From Alphaproteobacteria bacterium (lineage in GTDB: Bacteria; Pseudomonadota; Alphaproteobacteria; MPNO01; UBA830): 64,000 nucleotides of DNA. The notes below the pieces were generated by a model, which saw only the letters and a program-made list of their open reading frames with translations, did no database searches and was not told the origin of the DNA. A program made the position numbers and the translations under genes. Location of the stretch: NCBI GenBank assembly GCA_965243135.1, contig OZ251539.1, positions 1,472,001 to 1,536,000 on the forward strand. Reading direction: 5' to 3'. This document shows, one piece after another, positions 28,920 through 38,260 of this stretch. The number at the start of each line of letters is the position of its first letter. Within the stretch, counting starts at the first letter, position 1.

Positions 28920-30422
28920 CTACCGCGCGGCCAATTCCCGCAACCGCGTCTTCAGGACTTTGCCGTAGTCGTTCTTCGGGAGCGCATCGACGAACCTGTA
29001 GACGCGGGGCCGCTTGAAGCGGGCGATCCGATCGAGGCAGAAGCGGTCGAGCTCCGCCTCCCGAACCGCCGCTCCGGGCCTCGCGACGACGAAGGCGACG
29101 ACCTCCTCGCCCCAGTCGGGATGCGGCCGGCCGACGACCGCGCACTCGAGCACGCCGTCGTGACCGACCAGGACCTCCTCGACCTCGCGCGGATAGACGT
29201 TCGATCCTCCCGAAATCACGAGGTCCTTCGAACGGTCCTTGAGCGTCAGGAACCCGTCGGCGTCGAGCGCGCCGACGTCGCCGGTCCGCAGCCAGCCGTC
29301 GCGGAGCGTCTCGGCGGTCGCTTCGGGGTTGCGGAAATATCCTCGCATGACGACGTCGCCGCGCGCCGTCACTTCGCCGAGTTCTCCGGCGGCCGCGGTT
29401 TCGCCGCGTTCGTTCGTCACCCGCACCTCGACCCCCGCGTGCGCCCGGCCGACCGAGGCAAGCCGATTCCTGTAGTCCGGATGACCGGCGTCGGCGTGCA
29501 GAGCGCGAGACAGGCAGGAGATGGTCATGGGCGCCTCGCCCTGGCCGTAGATTTGCACCAGCCGGGATCCGAAGACGTCCAGCGCTTCAAGGAGGTCGTC
29601 GACGTACATCGGAGCGCCGCCGTAGACGATGGTCTTGAGCCCGGCGAGGGCGGATCGATCGAGTCCCGGCGTTCGCATCAGGCGGGTCAGCATGGTGGGA
29701 GCTAGAAAAAGGGTCGCGCCGTTCCACGCCCGCAGCAGGGAGATCGTTTCGCCGGGATCGAATCCGCCCGATTCGGGAACCACCTGGCAGGCGCCCCGCT
29801 CGACGTGCGGCAGGAGATAGAGGCCCGAGCCGTGGCTCATGGGCGCCGCGTGGACGATGCAGTCTTCCGGCGCGATCTCGTCGACGCCGGCGAAGTAGGC
29901 GGCGTTCATGGCGCGAAGGTTGCGATGGCTCAGCATCGCCCCCTTGGGCTTGCCGGTGGTGCCGGACGTGTAGAAGAGCCAGGCGAGGTCGTCCGCGTCG
30001 ACGTCCGCCGGGGGCAAGGGGTCGGAGCGCGACAGTTCGTCGAACCGCTTCGAATCCGCCGGGATCGCGGCATGCCTTCCGCCGGCGATTTCGATTCCGT
30101 CGGTCGCGAAGCACGCTTTCGCGCCAGCGTCGTCGAGAATCCAGGCGAGTTCCCGGGGATGCAGCCGCGCGTTCATCGGCAACACCGCGCAGCCGGCGAT
30201 CCATGCGGCGAACATGATTTCGGAAATCGCGGGATGGTTTCTCATGGCGAGGGCGGCGATGTCGCCCTTGCCGAGACCGAGGGTCGTCCTCAAGGCGCCC
30301 GCGATCCTGGCGGACCGGTCGGCGTGTTGCGCGTAGGTCGCGACGACGCGGTCGCCCGCCGCCAGCGCCGGAGCGTCCGGGCGGCGTTCGGCGGCGTCGA
30401 CCAGGAGCCTTGCGAGGTTCAT
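28920..30422 (-). CDS. Acyl-CoA synthetase (AMP-forming)
   Basis: YTSGTTGKPKG, YGQGE, TGDVG, DRSKDLVISGG, NDYGKV. Confidence 0.93.
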   Translation of the reverse strand: MNLARLLVDAAERRPDAPALAAGDRVVATYAQHADRSARIAGALRTTLGLGKGDIAALAMRNHPAISEIMFAAWIAGCAVLPMNARLHPRELAWILDDAGAKACFATDGIEIAGGRHAAIPADSKRFDELSRSDPLPPADVDADDLAWLFYTSGTTGKPKGAMLSHRNLRAMNAAYFAGVDEIAPEDCIVHAAPMSHGSGLYLLPHVERGACQVVPESGGFDPGETISLLRAWNGATLFLAPTMLTRLMRTPGLDRSALAGLKTIVYGGAPMYVDDLLEALDVFGSRLVQIYGQGEAPMTISCLSRALHADAGHPDYRNRLASVGRAHAGVEVRVTNERGETAAAGELGEVTARGDVVMRGYFRNPEATAETLRDGWLRTGDVGALDADGFLTLKDRSKDLVISGGSNVYPREVEEVLVGHDGVLECAVVGRPHPDWGEEVVAFVVARPGAAVREAELDRFCLDRIARFKRPRVYRFVDALPKNDYGKVLKTRLRELAAR

Positions 30423-30432
30423 CCGCGGCGGG

Positions 30433-31599
30433 CTACCGAACGGCCTCGAGGATCGACGCGTAGTTGGCCACCGCCGCGCCGCCCATGTTGAAGACTCCGG
30501 CGACACTCGCGCCGTCGATCTGCAGCGCCCCGGCTTCGCCGCGGGTCTGCATGGCGGCCATCACGTGCATCGAAATTCCCGTGGCGCCGATCGGGTGTCC
30601 TTTGGATTTCAGGCCGCCCGAGGGATTGATCGGCAATTCGCCGTCCTTGGCCGACCGGCCCTCGGCGATCACCCGCGCGCCTTCGCCCTTTTCGGCGAGG
30701 CCCATGGCTTCGTAGATCAGCAGTTCGGCGATGGTGAAGCAATCGTGCACTTCGGCGACGTCGAGGTCGCGGACCGTCATTCCCGCGCGTTCGAACGCCA
30801 GCGTCCATGCCTTTTCCGGGCCTTCGAAGAGGGTCACGTCGCGTCTTGACATCGGCAGGAAGTCGTTCGCTTGCGACACGGAGCGGAACTTCACCGCCTT
30901 GTCCGTCGCCATGGCCGCGCCGTCGTCGGCGAGAACGAGGGCGGCCGCTCCGTCGGTGACCGGCGAGCAGTCGGAACGCTTGAGCGGGCCGGAAACGATC
31001 GGGTTGGCCTCGGATTCGCGGCGGCAGAAATCGTAGCCCAGATCCTTCTGGAAGTGGGCGAGGGGATTCGCGGCGCCGTTCGCATGGTTCTTGGCGGCGA
31101 TGCGCGCGAGAGCGTCGGTCTGGTCGCCGTATTTCCGGAAATAGCTCTCCGCGATCCGTGCGAAGATGTCGACGAAGGAGCCGTTCTTCCCGCCTTCCTC
31201 TTCGACGTAGCTTGCCTTGGTCAGCACTTCGCCGATCGCGTCGCCCGCGAGTTCCGTCATCTTTTCGACGCCCACGCAAAGCGCGAAGCGCGCCTTGCCG
31301 GCGGCGACGGCGGCGAGTCCCTGATGAATCGCGGCCGAACCCGTGGCGCAGGCGTTTTCCACCCGCGTCGCCGGCTTGAAGCGCAGGTCCGGATGCGCAT
31401 GAAGGACGAGGGAAGCCGGGAAGTCCTGCTTCACGAAGCCGCCGTTGAAGTGGCCGACGTAGATTTCGTCGACGTCCGCCGGCGCGATGCCGGCGTCGGC
31501 GATGGCTTCGGTCGCGGCGTCGACGATCAGCGTTTCCAGGCCGACGCCGTCGTGCCTGCCGAACTTTCCGTGCGCCCAGCCGACGATGCAGCCCGTCAT
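30433..31599 (-). CDS. SCP2-type thiolase-domain acetyl-CoA acetyltransferase
   Basis: VENACATG, EVHDCFT, GHPIGATG. Confidence 0.9.
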   Translation of the reverse strand: MTGCIVGWAHGKFGRHDGVGLETLIVDAATEAIADAGIAPADVDEIYVGHFNGGFVKQDFPASLVLHAHPDLRFKPATRVENACATGSAAIHQGLAAVAAGKARFALCVGVEKMTELAGDAIGEVLTKASYVEEEGGKNGSFVDIFARIAESYFRKYGDQTDALARIAAKNHANGAANPLAHFQKDLGYDFCRRESEANPIVSGPLKRSDCSPVTDGAAALVLADDGAAMATDKAVKFRSVSQANDFLPMSRRDVTLFEGPEKAWTLAFERAGMTVRDLDVAEVHDCFTIAELLIYEAMGLAEKGEGARVIAEGRSAKDGELPINPSGGLKSKGHPIGATGISMHVMAAMQTRGEAGALQIDGASVAGVFNMGGAAVANYASILEAVR

Positions 31600-32162
31600 G
31601 ACGCGCTTCCTTCGGATCGTTGCGCCGCGGCCGGAACGGGCGCGGCGCCGACGAGCACCGCGGCCAGCAGGCAGGGCTCGCCGTTGCGGACGCTCCACGA
31701 ATGATTGGTGCCGCGTTGAACCATCACGTCCCCCTGTTTCAGGCGCGTCTCGCTGTCGTCGAGGACGGCCCATATCTCTCCCTTCAGGACGATCAGATAA
31801 TCGACCGTAGCCGTCCTGTGCATCATCGGGTCGTCGCTGGAGGCGTCGGCCGCGTGACCGGCGCCGATCGAATCGAACGCCTCGGCGGCGTCGGCCCTGC
31901 CGCGCCACGCCTCGTCGGGCGGGAATTCGACGATGCGGAAGATCGTGCCGTTCGGCGGCGGCTCCAGAACGACCGGACGATCGGCGGCGTCCCGGTCTCC
32001 GGCGTTCTCGGCCGGCGCGCCGTCGGTCCGCCAGAGGTCCGTAAGCGCCAGCCCCGGCATCGAGTCCATCTCCTTGACCGCGGTCGCCTCGCCGTCGACG
32101 AGGAAAACCGACTTGCCGTTTTCGTCGTGGCCGGTCACGACGCGGCGGATTTTTTCGACCAT
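31596..32162 (-). CDS. Cupin domain protein
   Basis: RRVVTGHDENGKS, MHRTATVDY, VQRGTNHSW. Confidence 0.88.
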   Translation of the reverse strand: MVEKIRRVVTGHDENGKSVFLVDGEATAVKEMDSMPGLALTDLWRTDGAPAENAGDRDAADRPVVLEPPPNGTIFRIVEFPPDEAWRGRADAAEAFDSIGAGHAADASSDDPMMHRTATVDYLIVLKGEIWAVLDDSETRLKQGDVMVQRGTNHSWSVRNGEPCLLAAVLVGAAPVPAAAQRSEGSAS

Positions 32163-33133
32163 CGTTCGTCCTCCCTGACGATTCTGTTCCGCAGAGTTCC
32201 GATCCCCTCGACCTCGAGTTCCATCAGGTCGCCGTCCGCGAGATAGCGTCCGAGTTCGAGGCCGCACCCTCCGCCGACCGTTCCCGAACCGAAGAACTCG
32301 CCGGGCCGCAGCGTTTCCGAGCGCGAAACGTGGGCGATCAGATCCTCGAAAGTCCAGTGGATGCTGCTCGAATGGCCGCGCGACCATTCTTCGCCGTTGA
32401 TCCGCGCCGTCATGACGCAGTCGTAGGGGTCGAGCTCGTCGGCCGTGACGATGCACGGTCCGATCACGTTGCCGGTGTCGAAATCCTTGCCTTTGCCGGG
32501 ACCGAGGCCTCCCGTCATCTCGACCGCCTGGACGTCGCGCGCGGACACGTCGTTGAAGACGGCGTAGCCGAAGATGTGCCGCCGGGCTTTTTCCTTCGGT
32601 ATGTCGCGGCCGCCCTTGCCCACGAAGAAGCCGAACTCGAGCTCGTAGTCCATCGCGTCGGCGTAGGCGGGCCACGATACGTCCTCCCCGGTGCCGACGA
32701 CCGCGAACCGGTTGGCCTTGTAGTAGATTGGCTGCCGGTACCAGACCTCGGGAACCCGGAACAGCCCGTTCCTCTCGAATTCCGCGAGCGCGGCCTCCGG
32801 ATCGGGTTCGAGCGCGGCGCGGCTCTCGCGAAGCGCGCGGTAAGCCTGCACGAGATGCTCCTCGAAACACAGGCAGTCGCGGATCTGGGGCGGTTCGGGA
32901 AGCGGCGTTCGGAGCGCCACGAGCGCCGTTTCGACGACGGCGGACGAAGGCGGGTCGGCGGCGACGGCGCGCGCAGCGTTCAGAGCCTCATCGCCGGCTT
33001 CGACGAGGCGCTTCATCGACGCGAAGGCGGGTTCCTGCCGGGCGGCGTGCAAATCGACCACCGCGGCGTCGTCCTCCACGAGCGCTCCCAGGCGGTCGGC
33101 ACCGTCGCCGCGTTTGAAAGTGATCAGCCGCAT
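32135..33133 (-). CDS. Fumarylacetoacetate hydrolase family protein
   Basis: DYELE, NDVSARD, KGKDF, GSGTVG. Confidence 0.92.
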   Translation of the reverse strand: MRLITFKRGDGADRLGALVEDDAAVVDLHAARQEPAFASMKRLVEAGDEALNAARAVAADPPSSAVVETALVALRTPLPEPPQIRDCLCFEEHLVQAYRALRESRAALEPDPEAALAEFERNGLFRVPEVWYRQPIYYKANRFAVVGTGEDVSWPAYADAMDYELEFGFFVGKGGRDIPKEKARRHIFGYAVFNDVSARDVQAVEMTGGLGPGKGKDFDTGNVIGPCIVTADELDPYDCVMTARINGEEWSRGHSSSIHWTFEDLIAHVSRSETLRPGEFFGSGTVGGGCGLELGRYLADGDLMELEVEGIGTLRNRIVREDERWSKKSAAS

Positions 33134-33291
33134 GAGGCGTTACTGCGCGACCCGGCGGCCGAGGTCAAGCGGGCGAGCCGGGGCGGGCCGTCCGTCGCGA
33201 AAATCCGCGCAGGCCGGGTTTCCGTCCGCGCTTTGACCTCGAACGCGCAAATTGCGACGCTATAGAAAATCCGCGGGTCGGGAGGAGAACG

Positions 33292-34479
33292 ATGAACGCG
33301 CTGGACATCATGGACGAATCGGAGCGGGCGGCGGGCCTCGAGAAACGGGCGTTCGATCTTCTTCCGGTTCTCGAGGCGCGCGGCGCCGAAACCGAAAGGC
33401 TTCGCCGGTTGCCGGACGCCACCGTCGCGGACCTGAGATCGGCCGGACTGTCCCGACTTTGCCAGCCGCGAAAATACGGCGGGGCGGAGCTTCCGCTCGA
33501 CCGCGCGGTCCGCATCGTCGCGACGGTCGCTCGCGGATGCGCGTCCGCGGGCTGGATTTGCGCCATCCATTCGGATCACTCGATTCTCGTCAGCATGTTT
33601 CCGGCGGAGGTTTCGGAGGAAATCTGGGGCGAGAATCCCGAGGCGGCGGTTTCCGCCGGCTACTTTCCCGTCGGGCGCGTCGAACGGGCTTCGGGGGGCT
33701 GGAAACTGTCCGGAAAATGGGGGTGGGTAAGCGGTTGCGACTTCGCCGACTGGATTATCCTCGGGGCTTTCGTATCGCCCGGCGAGCCGGATCCGGGTCA
33801 CACCTTCTTTCTGGTGCCGCGAAGCGAAACGGAGATCGAAGACAACTGGCGCGTGATGGGCCTGCGGGGAACCGGAAGCAAGAACGTGGCGGTCGAGGAC
33901 CGCTTCGTGCCCGACCATCGAACGCTTCGCTTCGCCCAGGCGAGCGGCGGCGCGGAGGCTCGCGGAAACGGCGAGACGCGGCCGCTTTACCGGCTGCCGC
34001 ACGTGACCGCGGTGCCGTTCTTCTTCAACGGCGTCGGATTGGGCATCGCGGAGAGCACGCTCGACGCCGTCACAGATCAGATCGCGAACCGGGAATCGAT
34101 GGGCGTGAAGCTCGCGGGTCAACCGACTCTTCAGGCCGGCATCGCCGAGGCGGCGGCGGAGATCGACTGCGCGCGCCTGCTTGTCGAACGGGACGCGTCG
34201 GGGGCCATGGCGGCGATGCGCGAGGGCCGTTCCCTCACGCTTCGGGAAAAGGCTCGCAACCGTCGCGACCAAGCCTACGCCGGCCGGTTGTGCAAAAGCG
34301 CGGTCGGCAGGTTGCAGGGGATGGCGGGAGCCGGCGCGATATTCGACGGTCACGTTGTCGAGCGAAAGTTTCGCGACATGCACGCCGTAGCCAACCACAT
34401 CATCCAGAGCTGGGATATCGCGGCCACCACGTTCGGCGAGGTGACGTTCGGCCTCGAGCCGACGTCGCCGCTCATATAG
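33292..34479 (+). CDS. Two-component flavin-dependent monooxygenase, oxygenase subunit (HsaA/HpaH-like, acyl-CoA dehydrogenase fold)
   Basis: QPRKYGG, CASAGW, SGKWGWVSGC, DNWRVMGLRGTGS, FRDMHA. Confidence 0.88.
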   Translation: MNALDIMDESERAAGLEKRAFDLLPVLEARGAETERLRRLPDATVADLRSAGLSRLCQPRKYGGAELPLDRAVRIVATVARGCASAGWICAIHSDHSILVSMFPAEVSEEIWGENPEAAVSAGYFPVGRVERASGGWKLSGKWGWVSGCDFADWIILGAFVSPGEPDPGHTFFLVPRSETEIEDNWRVMGLRGTGSKNVAVEDRFVPDHRTLRFAQASGGAEARGNGETRPLYRLPHVTAVPFFFNGVGLGIAESTLDAVTDQIANRESMGVKLAGQPTLQAGIAEAAAEIDCARLLVERDASGAMAAMREGRSLTLREKARNRRDQAYAGRLCKSAVGRLQGMAGAGAIFDGHVVERKFRDMHAVANHIIQSWDIAATTFGEVTFGLEPTSPLI

Positions 34480-34587
34480 GCCGTTCCTGACACTCCGAAG
34501 CCGCAGCCGCGGGGCGTCGGGTTGTTGCAGCCGGCCGGTCGTCGCGCTCCCTCGCGTGTCTGTGCAATAAAAATCATGAAATTTGTC

Positions 34588-34616
34588 TTGAATAATTGTT
34601 TTTCATGGAACATAAT
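34588..34616 (+). promoter_or_regulatory. Putative sigma70 promoter of fic
   Basis: TTGAAT-N17-CATAAT in an AT-rich patch; CATGAAA/TTTCATG inverted repeat flanks the -35. Confidence 0.55.
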
Positions 34617-34673
34617 CGAATTTCAATGCCGAATCGCCTTGGTCGGCGGGAGGCGGAGTTGTCAGGAAAATTC

Positions 34674-36224
34674 ATGGACGCCGCTCCGCAGCATCGGTTT
34701 TCAGGCCCCGTCGCGGTTTTTCAGGATCGCCGGCTGCCCGAACGCGCGACTCCGGCCGGCTACGCCGCGCTGATCGACGCTTTCGATCTCGACGTTCCGC
34801 CGCCTGTTCGCCTGTCCGCGATCGGGGAGAAACATCGCGTCTACCGACGCGACGGTTGGCAGATCTACACCCCCCGCCATGCTCCCGAACCGACCGTCGA
34901 GGGACACCTCGTCTTCGCCTTGAGATACGAAGGACTCGATCTCGCGGTTCTGCGCCGACTCTTTCTCGCCGCGGGACCGCGCCCGATCGAGAGCTTCGCG
35001 CGCGCCAGACCGACGAGCGCCTACGCCCGGCGGCTATGGTTCCTCTACGAATGGCTGCTGGGACAGGCGCTCGATCTTCCCGACGCGCGGAATGGCAGCT
35101 ACGTTCCGGCCGTCGATTCCGACCGTCAGTTCGATACGGAAGGCGACCTGTCGCCGCGCCACCGGGTGCGCGACAACATGCCCGGTACGCCGGCTTTCTG
35201 TCCGATGGTCTTTCGAAGCGAGCGTCTGGAAGCCTTTGCGGCCCGCAATATGTCCGAACGGGCGCGGGAAGCCGCGGAAGCCGTACCTGCGGATGTCCTT
35301 TCCCGCGCCGCCGCCTTTCTGCTGCTCAAGGATTCCAGGGCCAGTTACGCCATCGAAGGCGAGCGACCGCCCCAGGACCGGATCCAGCGGTGGGCGCGCG
35401 CGATCGACGAAGCCGGTCGGAGGCCGATCGATCTCGACGAATTGCTTCATCTTCAGCGCCTTGTCATCGGCGACGCCCGGTTCGTCCGAATCGGCTTGCG
35501 CAGGGAAGGCGGTTTCGTGGGCGAGCACGATCGCGAGACCATGGCGCCGTTGCCTGACCATGTAAGCGCCCGTCACGAAGACGTTCCCTCGTTGATCGAC
35601 GGACTGATCGGGTTCGACCGCGCCGCCGCCCGATCGCTCGACCCCGTCGTCGCCGCGGCGGTCCTGGCCTTCGGCTTCGTCTACGTCCATCCCTTCGAGG
35701 ACGGAAACGGACGCCTGCATCGCTACCTCGTCCATCATGCGCTCGCCGAACGCGGATTCAATCCGCCAGGAGTCGTTTTTCCCGTCTCGGCCGTCATGTT
35801 GGATCGCATCGAGGACTACAAGCGGGTTCTCGAAACGGGCTCCTCGCGCATGCTTCCTCACGTTCGTTGGGAGCCGACCGCGCGCAACAACGTGCGGGTT
35901 CTGAACGAGACGGCGGACTTCTACCGGTATTTCGACGCCACGCCGCACGCGGAGTTTCTCTACGCGTGCGTAGAGCGGACGATCGAAGAGGATTTGCCGC
36001 GGGAAGCCGATTTCTTGAGGCTGCACGACCGGTTCCGAATGGAGACCACTGCCGTCGTCGACATGCCGGATCGTTTTCTGGATCTGTTGTTTCGCTTCCT
36101 CGACCAGAACGACGGGCGCTTGCGGGCCCGAACGGGCGAATTCGCCGAGTTGCGCCCCGAAGAGGTCACGGCCGTGGAAGCGATCTACCAGCGCCTGTTC
36201 AAGGCGGACGCTGCGGGTGGTTGA
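34674..36224 (+). CDS. Fic-domain protein (AMPylase-type)
   Basis: Canonical HPFEDGNGRLHR; inhibitory-type SYAIEG motif N-terminal to it; start uncertain (34596-34674). Confidence 0.9.
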   Translation: MDAAPQHRFSGPVAVFQDRRLPERATPAGYAALIDAFDLDVPPPVRLSAIGEKHRVYRRDGWQIYTPRHAPEPTVEGHLVFALRYEGLDLAVLRRLFLAAGPRPIESFARARPTSAYARRLWFLYEWLLGQALDLPDARNGSYVPAVDSDRQFDTEGDLSPRHRVRDNMPGTPAFCPMVFRSERLEAFAARNMSERAREAAEAVPADVLSRAAAFLLLKDSRASYAIEGERPPQDRIQRWARAIDEAGRRPIDLDELLHLQRLVIGDARFVRIGLRREGGFVGEHDRETMAPLPDHVSARHEDVPSLIDGLIGFDRAAARSLDPVVAAAVLAFGFVYVHPFEDGNGRLHRYLVHHALAERGFNPPGVVFPVSAVMLDRIEDYKRVLETGSSRMLPHVRWEPTARNNVRVLNETADFYRYFDATPHAEFLYACVERTIEEDLPREADFLRLHDRFRMETTAVVDMPDRFLDLLFRFLDQNDGRLRARTGEFAELRPEEVTAVEAIYQRLFKADAAGG

Positions 36225-36911
36225 TTCTTGAGATCCGGCGAGACAGCGCGTCGTCGCGCTCCCGTTTTCGTCCCGGCGGCGGCTCCGCCCACCCGCGATT
36301 TCTTCGGCGCAACCTTCGCCCCTTCGCCTCTCGAAGTCGGCTCCGGGCGCGGCTTTACCGCGTTCAGGCGTCTCCGGCCGAACATCGGCGTTTCCCGCGC
36401 TGAAGAGGCGGCGAACGAGCGCTCCGCCCAACGCCGATCGGGAGACGAACGGCATCGGCGGGAAATCGGCGATCTTTGGGGAGGGCGAGGTTCGCCTGCG
36501 CACGATCCTCGATACCGAAGGCCCTGCGGCGCTCCGCTCTCAAGTAACGTCGCCCGGCGGCGCCTTTCGGCGGCGCCGGGCGCGAAAAATGCCGCTGGAC
36601 GCCGGGGCAGAGAGTGCGGCCGCCGCCTGAATAAGCCATTGCGGGGAGATTTTCGCGCCGCTCCCGGGGGATGCCCGCAGTCCCCGGGAGCGTCCGCTGC
36701 GAATCTGCAACCGCGTCGACAACGCTTGCCGTAAGCGCCGCACGCTGCGAAATCTCGAACGTACGGCATCCCAAAAAATTTTATTTCTGCTATACGTTCC
36801 CCTTGAAAACTTTTCATAACGCTATATGTTCATTTTATGTAATGCATTTCTGAAGGTTTTGGAATGTCCCCCCCGCGTCGACCGCGAAGGAGACGGAGAG
36901 GAGTCAAAGCC

Positions 36912-37988
36912 ATGGGTTACGACGCCATATACAAGAGTTTGTTCAATCATAGGCGGGTGTTCGCCGATCTGCTGCGCGGCTTCATCCCGACAAGGCTAAC
37001 CGGTACGATCGATTTCGATACCCTGCAACCGGTGCCGACGGAATACGCGAGCGGACGTCCGCTGCAGAGCGACATGGTCTGGCGCGTGCGCGTTCGCAAG
37101 GGCGGCCTGGAAGGGTGGTACTATGTTCTGGTGGAGTTCCAGTCCACGAGCGACTGGAAGATGGCGCTTCGTATGCTGAGATATGCTGGGGACATGCTCG
37201 ACAAGCTGTCGAACAACTTTCCGAAGCGTTCCGGCTGGAAACTGCCCCGAATACTGCCGGTGGTCATCTACAACGGGCGGAGTCCTTGGTTGGCGCCGGA
37301 GGGGATGGGCGATTTGAGCGTGGAGGTCGACGAAGATCTTCTGCCGTACGAGCCGCGGCAAAATTTCTTTCTGATTGACATTGGCAAGGTGGGCGTCAAC
37401 GATGCGCTGTTGGACAATGTGTTGTACGCGGAGGCGTTGATCGAGCAGGGCCGATGGGATGAGCTGCTGTCGGCGCTGCCGAAGCTGGATAAGGTGATCG
37501 ACCCGGACGCCGAAGCGGATCTTCGCTGTCTGATCGCGGAGTTGGTGCGGCAGGCGGCGGCAGGCGGCGGTCAGGCGACCGACGGCGAGGCGCTGGCGAA
37601 ACTGAAGGCGTACCAGAGGAAAGGGGAGCTGGGAGCGATGGGATCGTTGTTGGCCAAACGGATGGACGAGGCTATCGAGGAGAGAAGCGCCAAGGCCATG
37701 GCAAAGGGCAGGACAGAGGGCATGGCCCAAGGCATGGCCGAAGGCATGGCCGAAGGCATGGCCCAAGGCATGGCGCGGGGCATGGCGCGGGGCAAAGAGC
37801 ATCAGCGGGCGATGTTGTCGCGTCTGGCGGCGCGGAAGTTCGATGCGGATACGGCAACGCGGCTCGGGGCGCTGCTGGCGGCCGTCGACGACCCCGATGG
37901 CCTTGCCGCAATCGGGGACTGCTTGATCGACTGCGAAGATGGCGACGAGTTGCTGTCCCGCGTGGCGGGCGTCGCCAAACAGCACTGA
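36912..37988 (+). CDS. Rpn/YhgA-like PD-(D/E)XK recombination-promoting nuclease family protein
   Basis: YDAIYKSLF, SDMVWRV, VLVEFQS, MALRMLRY, LPVVIYNG, C-terminal EGMAQG repeats. Confidence 0.9.
   Translation: MGYDAIYKSLFNHRRVFADLLRGFIPTRLTGTIDFDTLQPVPTEYASGRPLQSDMVWRVRVRKGGLEGWYYVLVEFQSTSDWKMALRMLRYAGDMLDKLSNNFPKRSGWKLPRILPVVIYNGRSPWLAPEGMGDLSVEVDEDLLPYEPRQNFFLIDIGKVGVNDALLDNVLYAEALIEQGRWDELLSALPKLDKVIDPDAEADLRCLIAELVRQAAAGGGQATDGEALAKLKAYQRKGELGAMGSLLAKRMDEAIEERSAKAMAKGRTEGMAQGMAEGMAEGMAQGMARGMARGKEHQRAMLSRLAARKFDADTATRLGALLAAVDDPDGLAAIGDCLIDCEDGDELLSRVAGVAKQH
37719..37790 (+). repeat. 12-bp coding tandem repeat, 6 copies
   Basis: GGCATGGCCCAA, GGCATGGCCGAA x2, GGCATGGCCCAA, GGCATGGCGCGG x2, encoding GMA(Q/E/R). 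Confidence 0.95.
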
Positions 37989-38260
37989 ACGGCGTCTGAC
38001 GACCGGTCCCGTCGCGGCTAGCGGACGCTTGCGAACCGGAGGCGTGCGCCCCGCCGCCATTCAGGCTCGTCGCCTGCGCTGCGCCTTGTCTCGAACGTTG
38101 TTCCGCCTGTCCTGCGGTCGTGCAGGCGGAAACCGAACCCGGCGGCCGATCCGAAATCGGCGGTTGGCAAAAAATGGCCGGCGCGAGCGCGTTGGCTCTT
38201 CCGGCGTTCGCGCTGTCGCCGGGAATCGGCCATAATCGTCCGGTTCGCAGGGAGGCTCGC

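Noticed and set aside
36228-36817. ORFs of 136-210 aa between fic and rpn as a hidden antitoxin or partner
   Set aside because: Low-complexity Arg/Ala/Pro-rich translations with no SD or recognisable motif.
37719-37790. Tandem repeat as a CRISPR array
   Set aside because: Contiguous 12-bp units with no spacers, in frame within a CDS, and no cas genes.
36912-37988. rpn as an IS transposase/mobile element
   Set aside because: No terminal inverted repeats or target duplication seen; the 'putative transposase' label of this family is not supported by DDE motifs.
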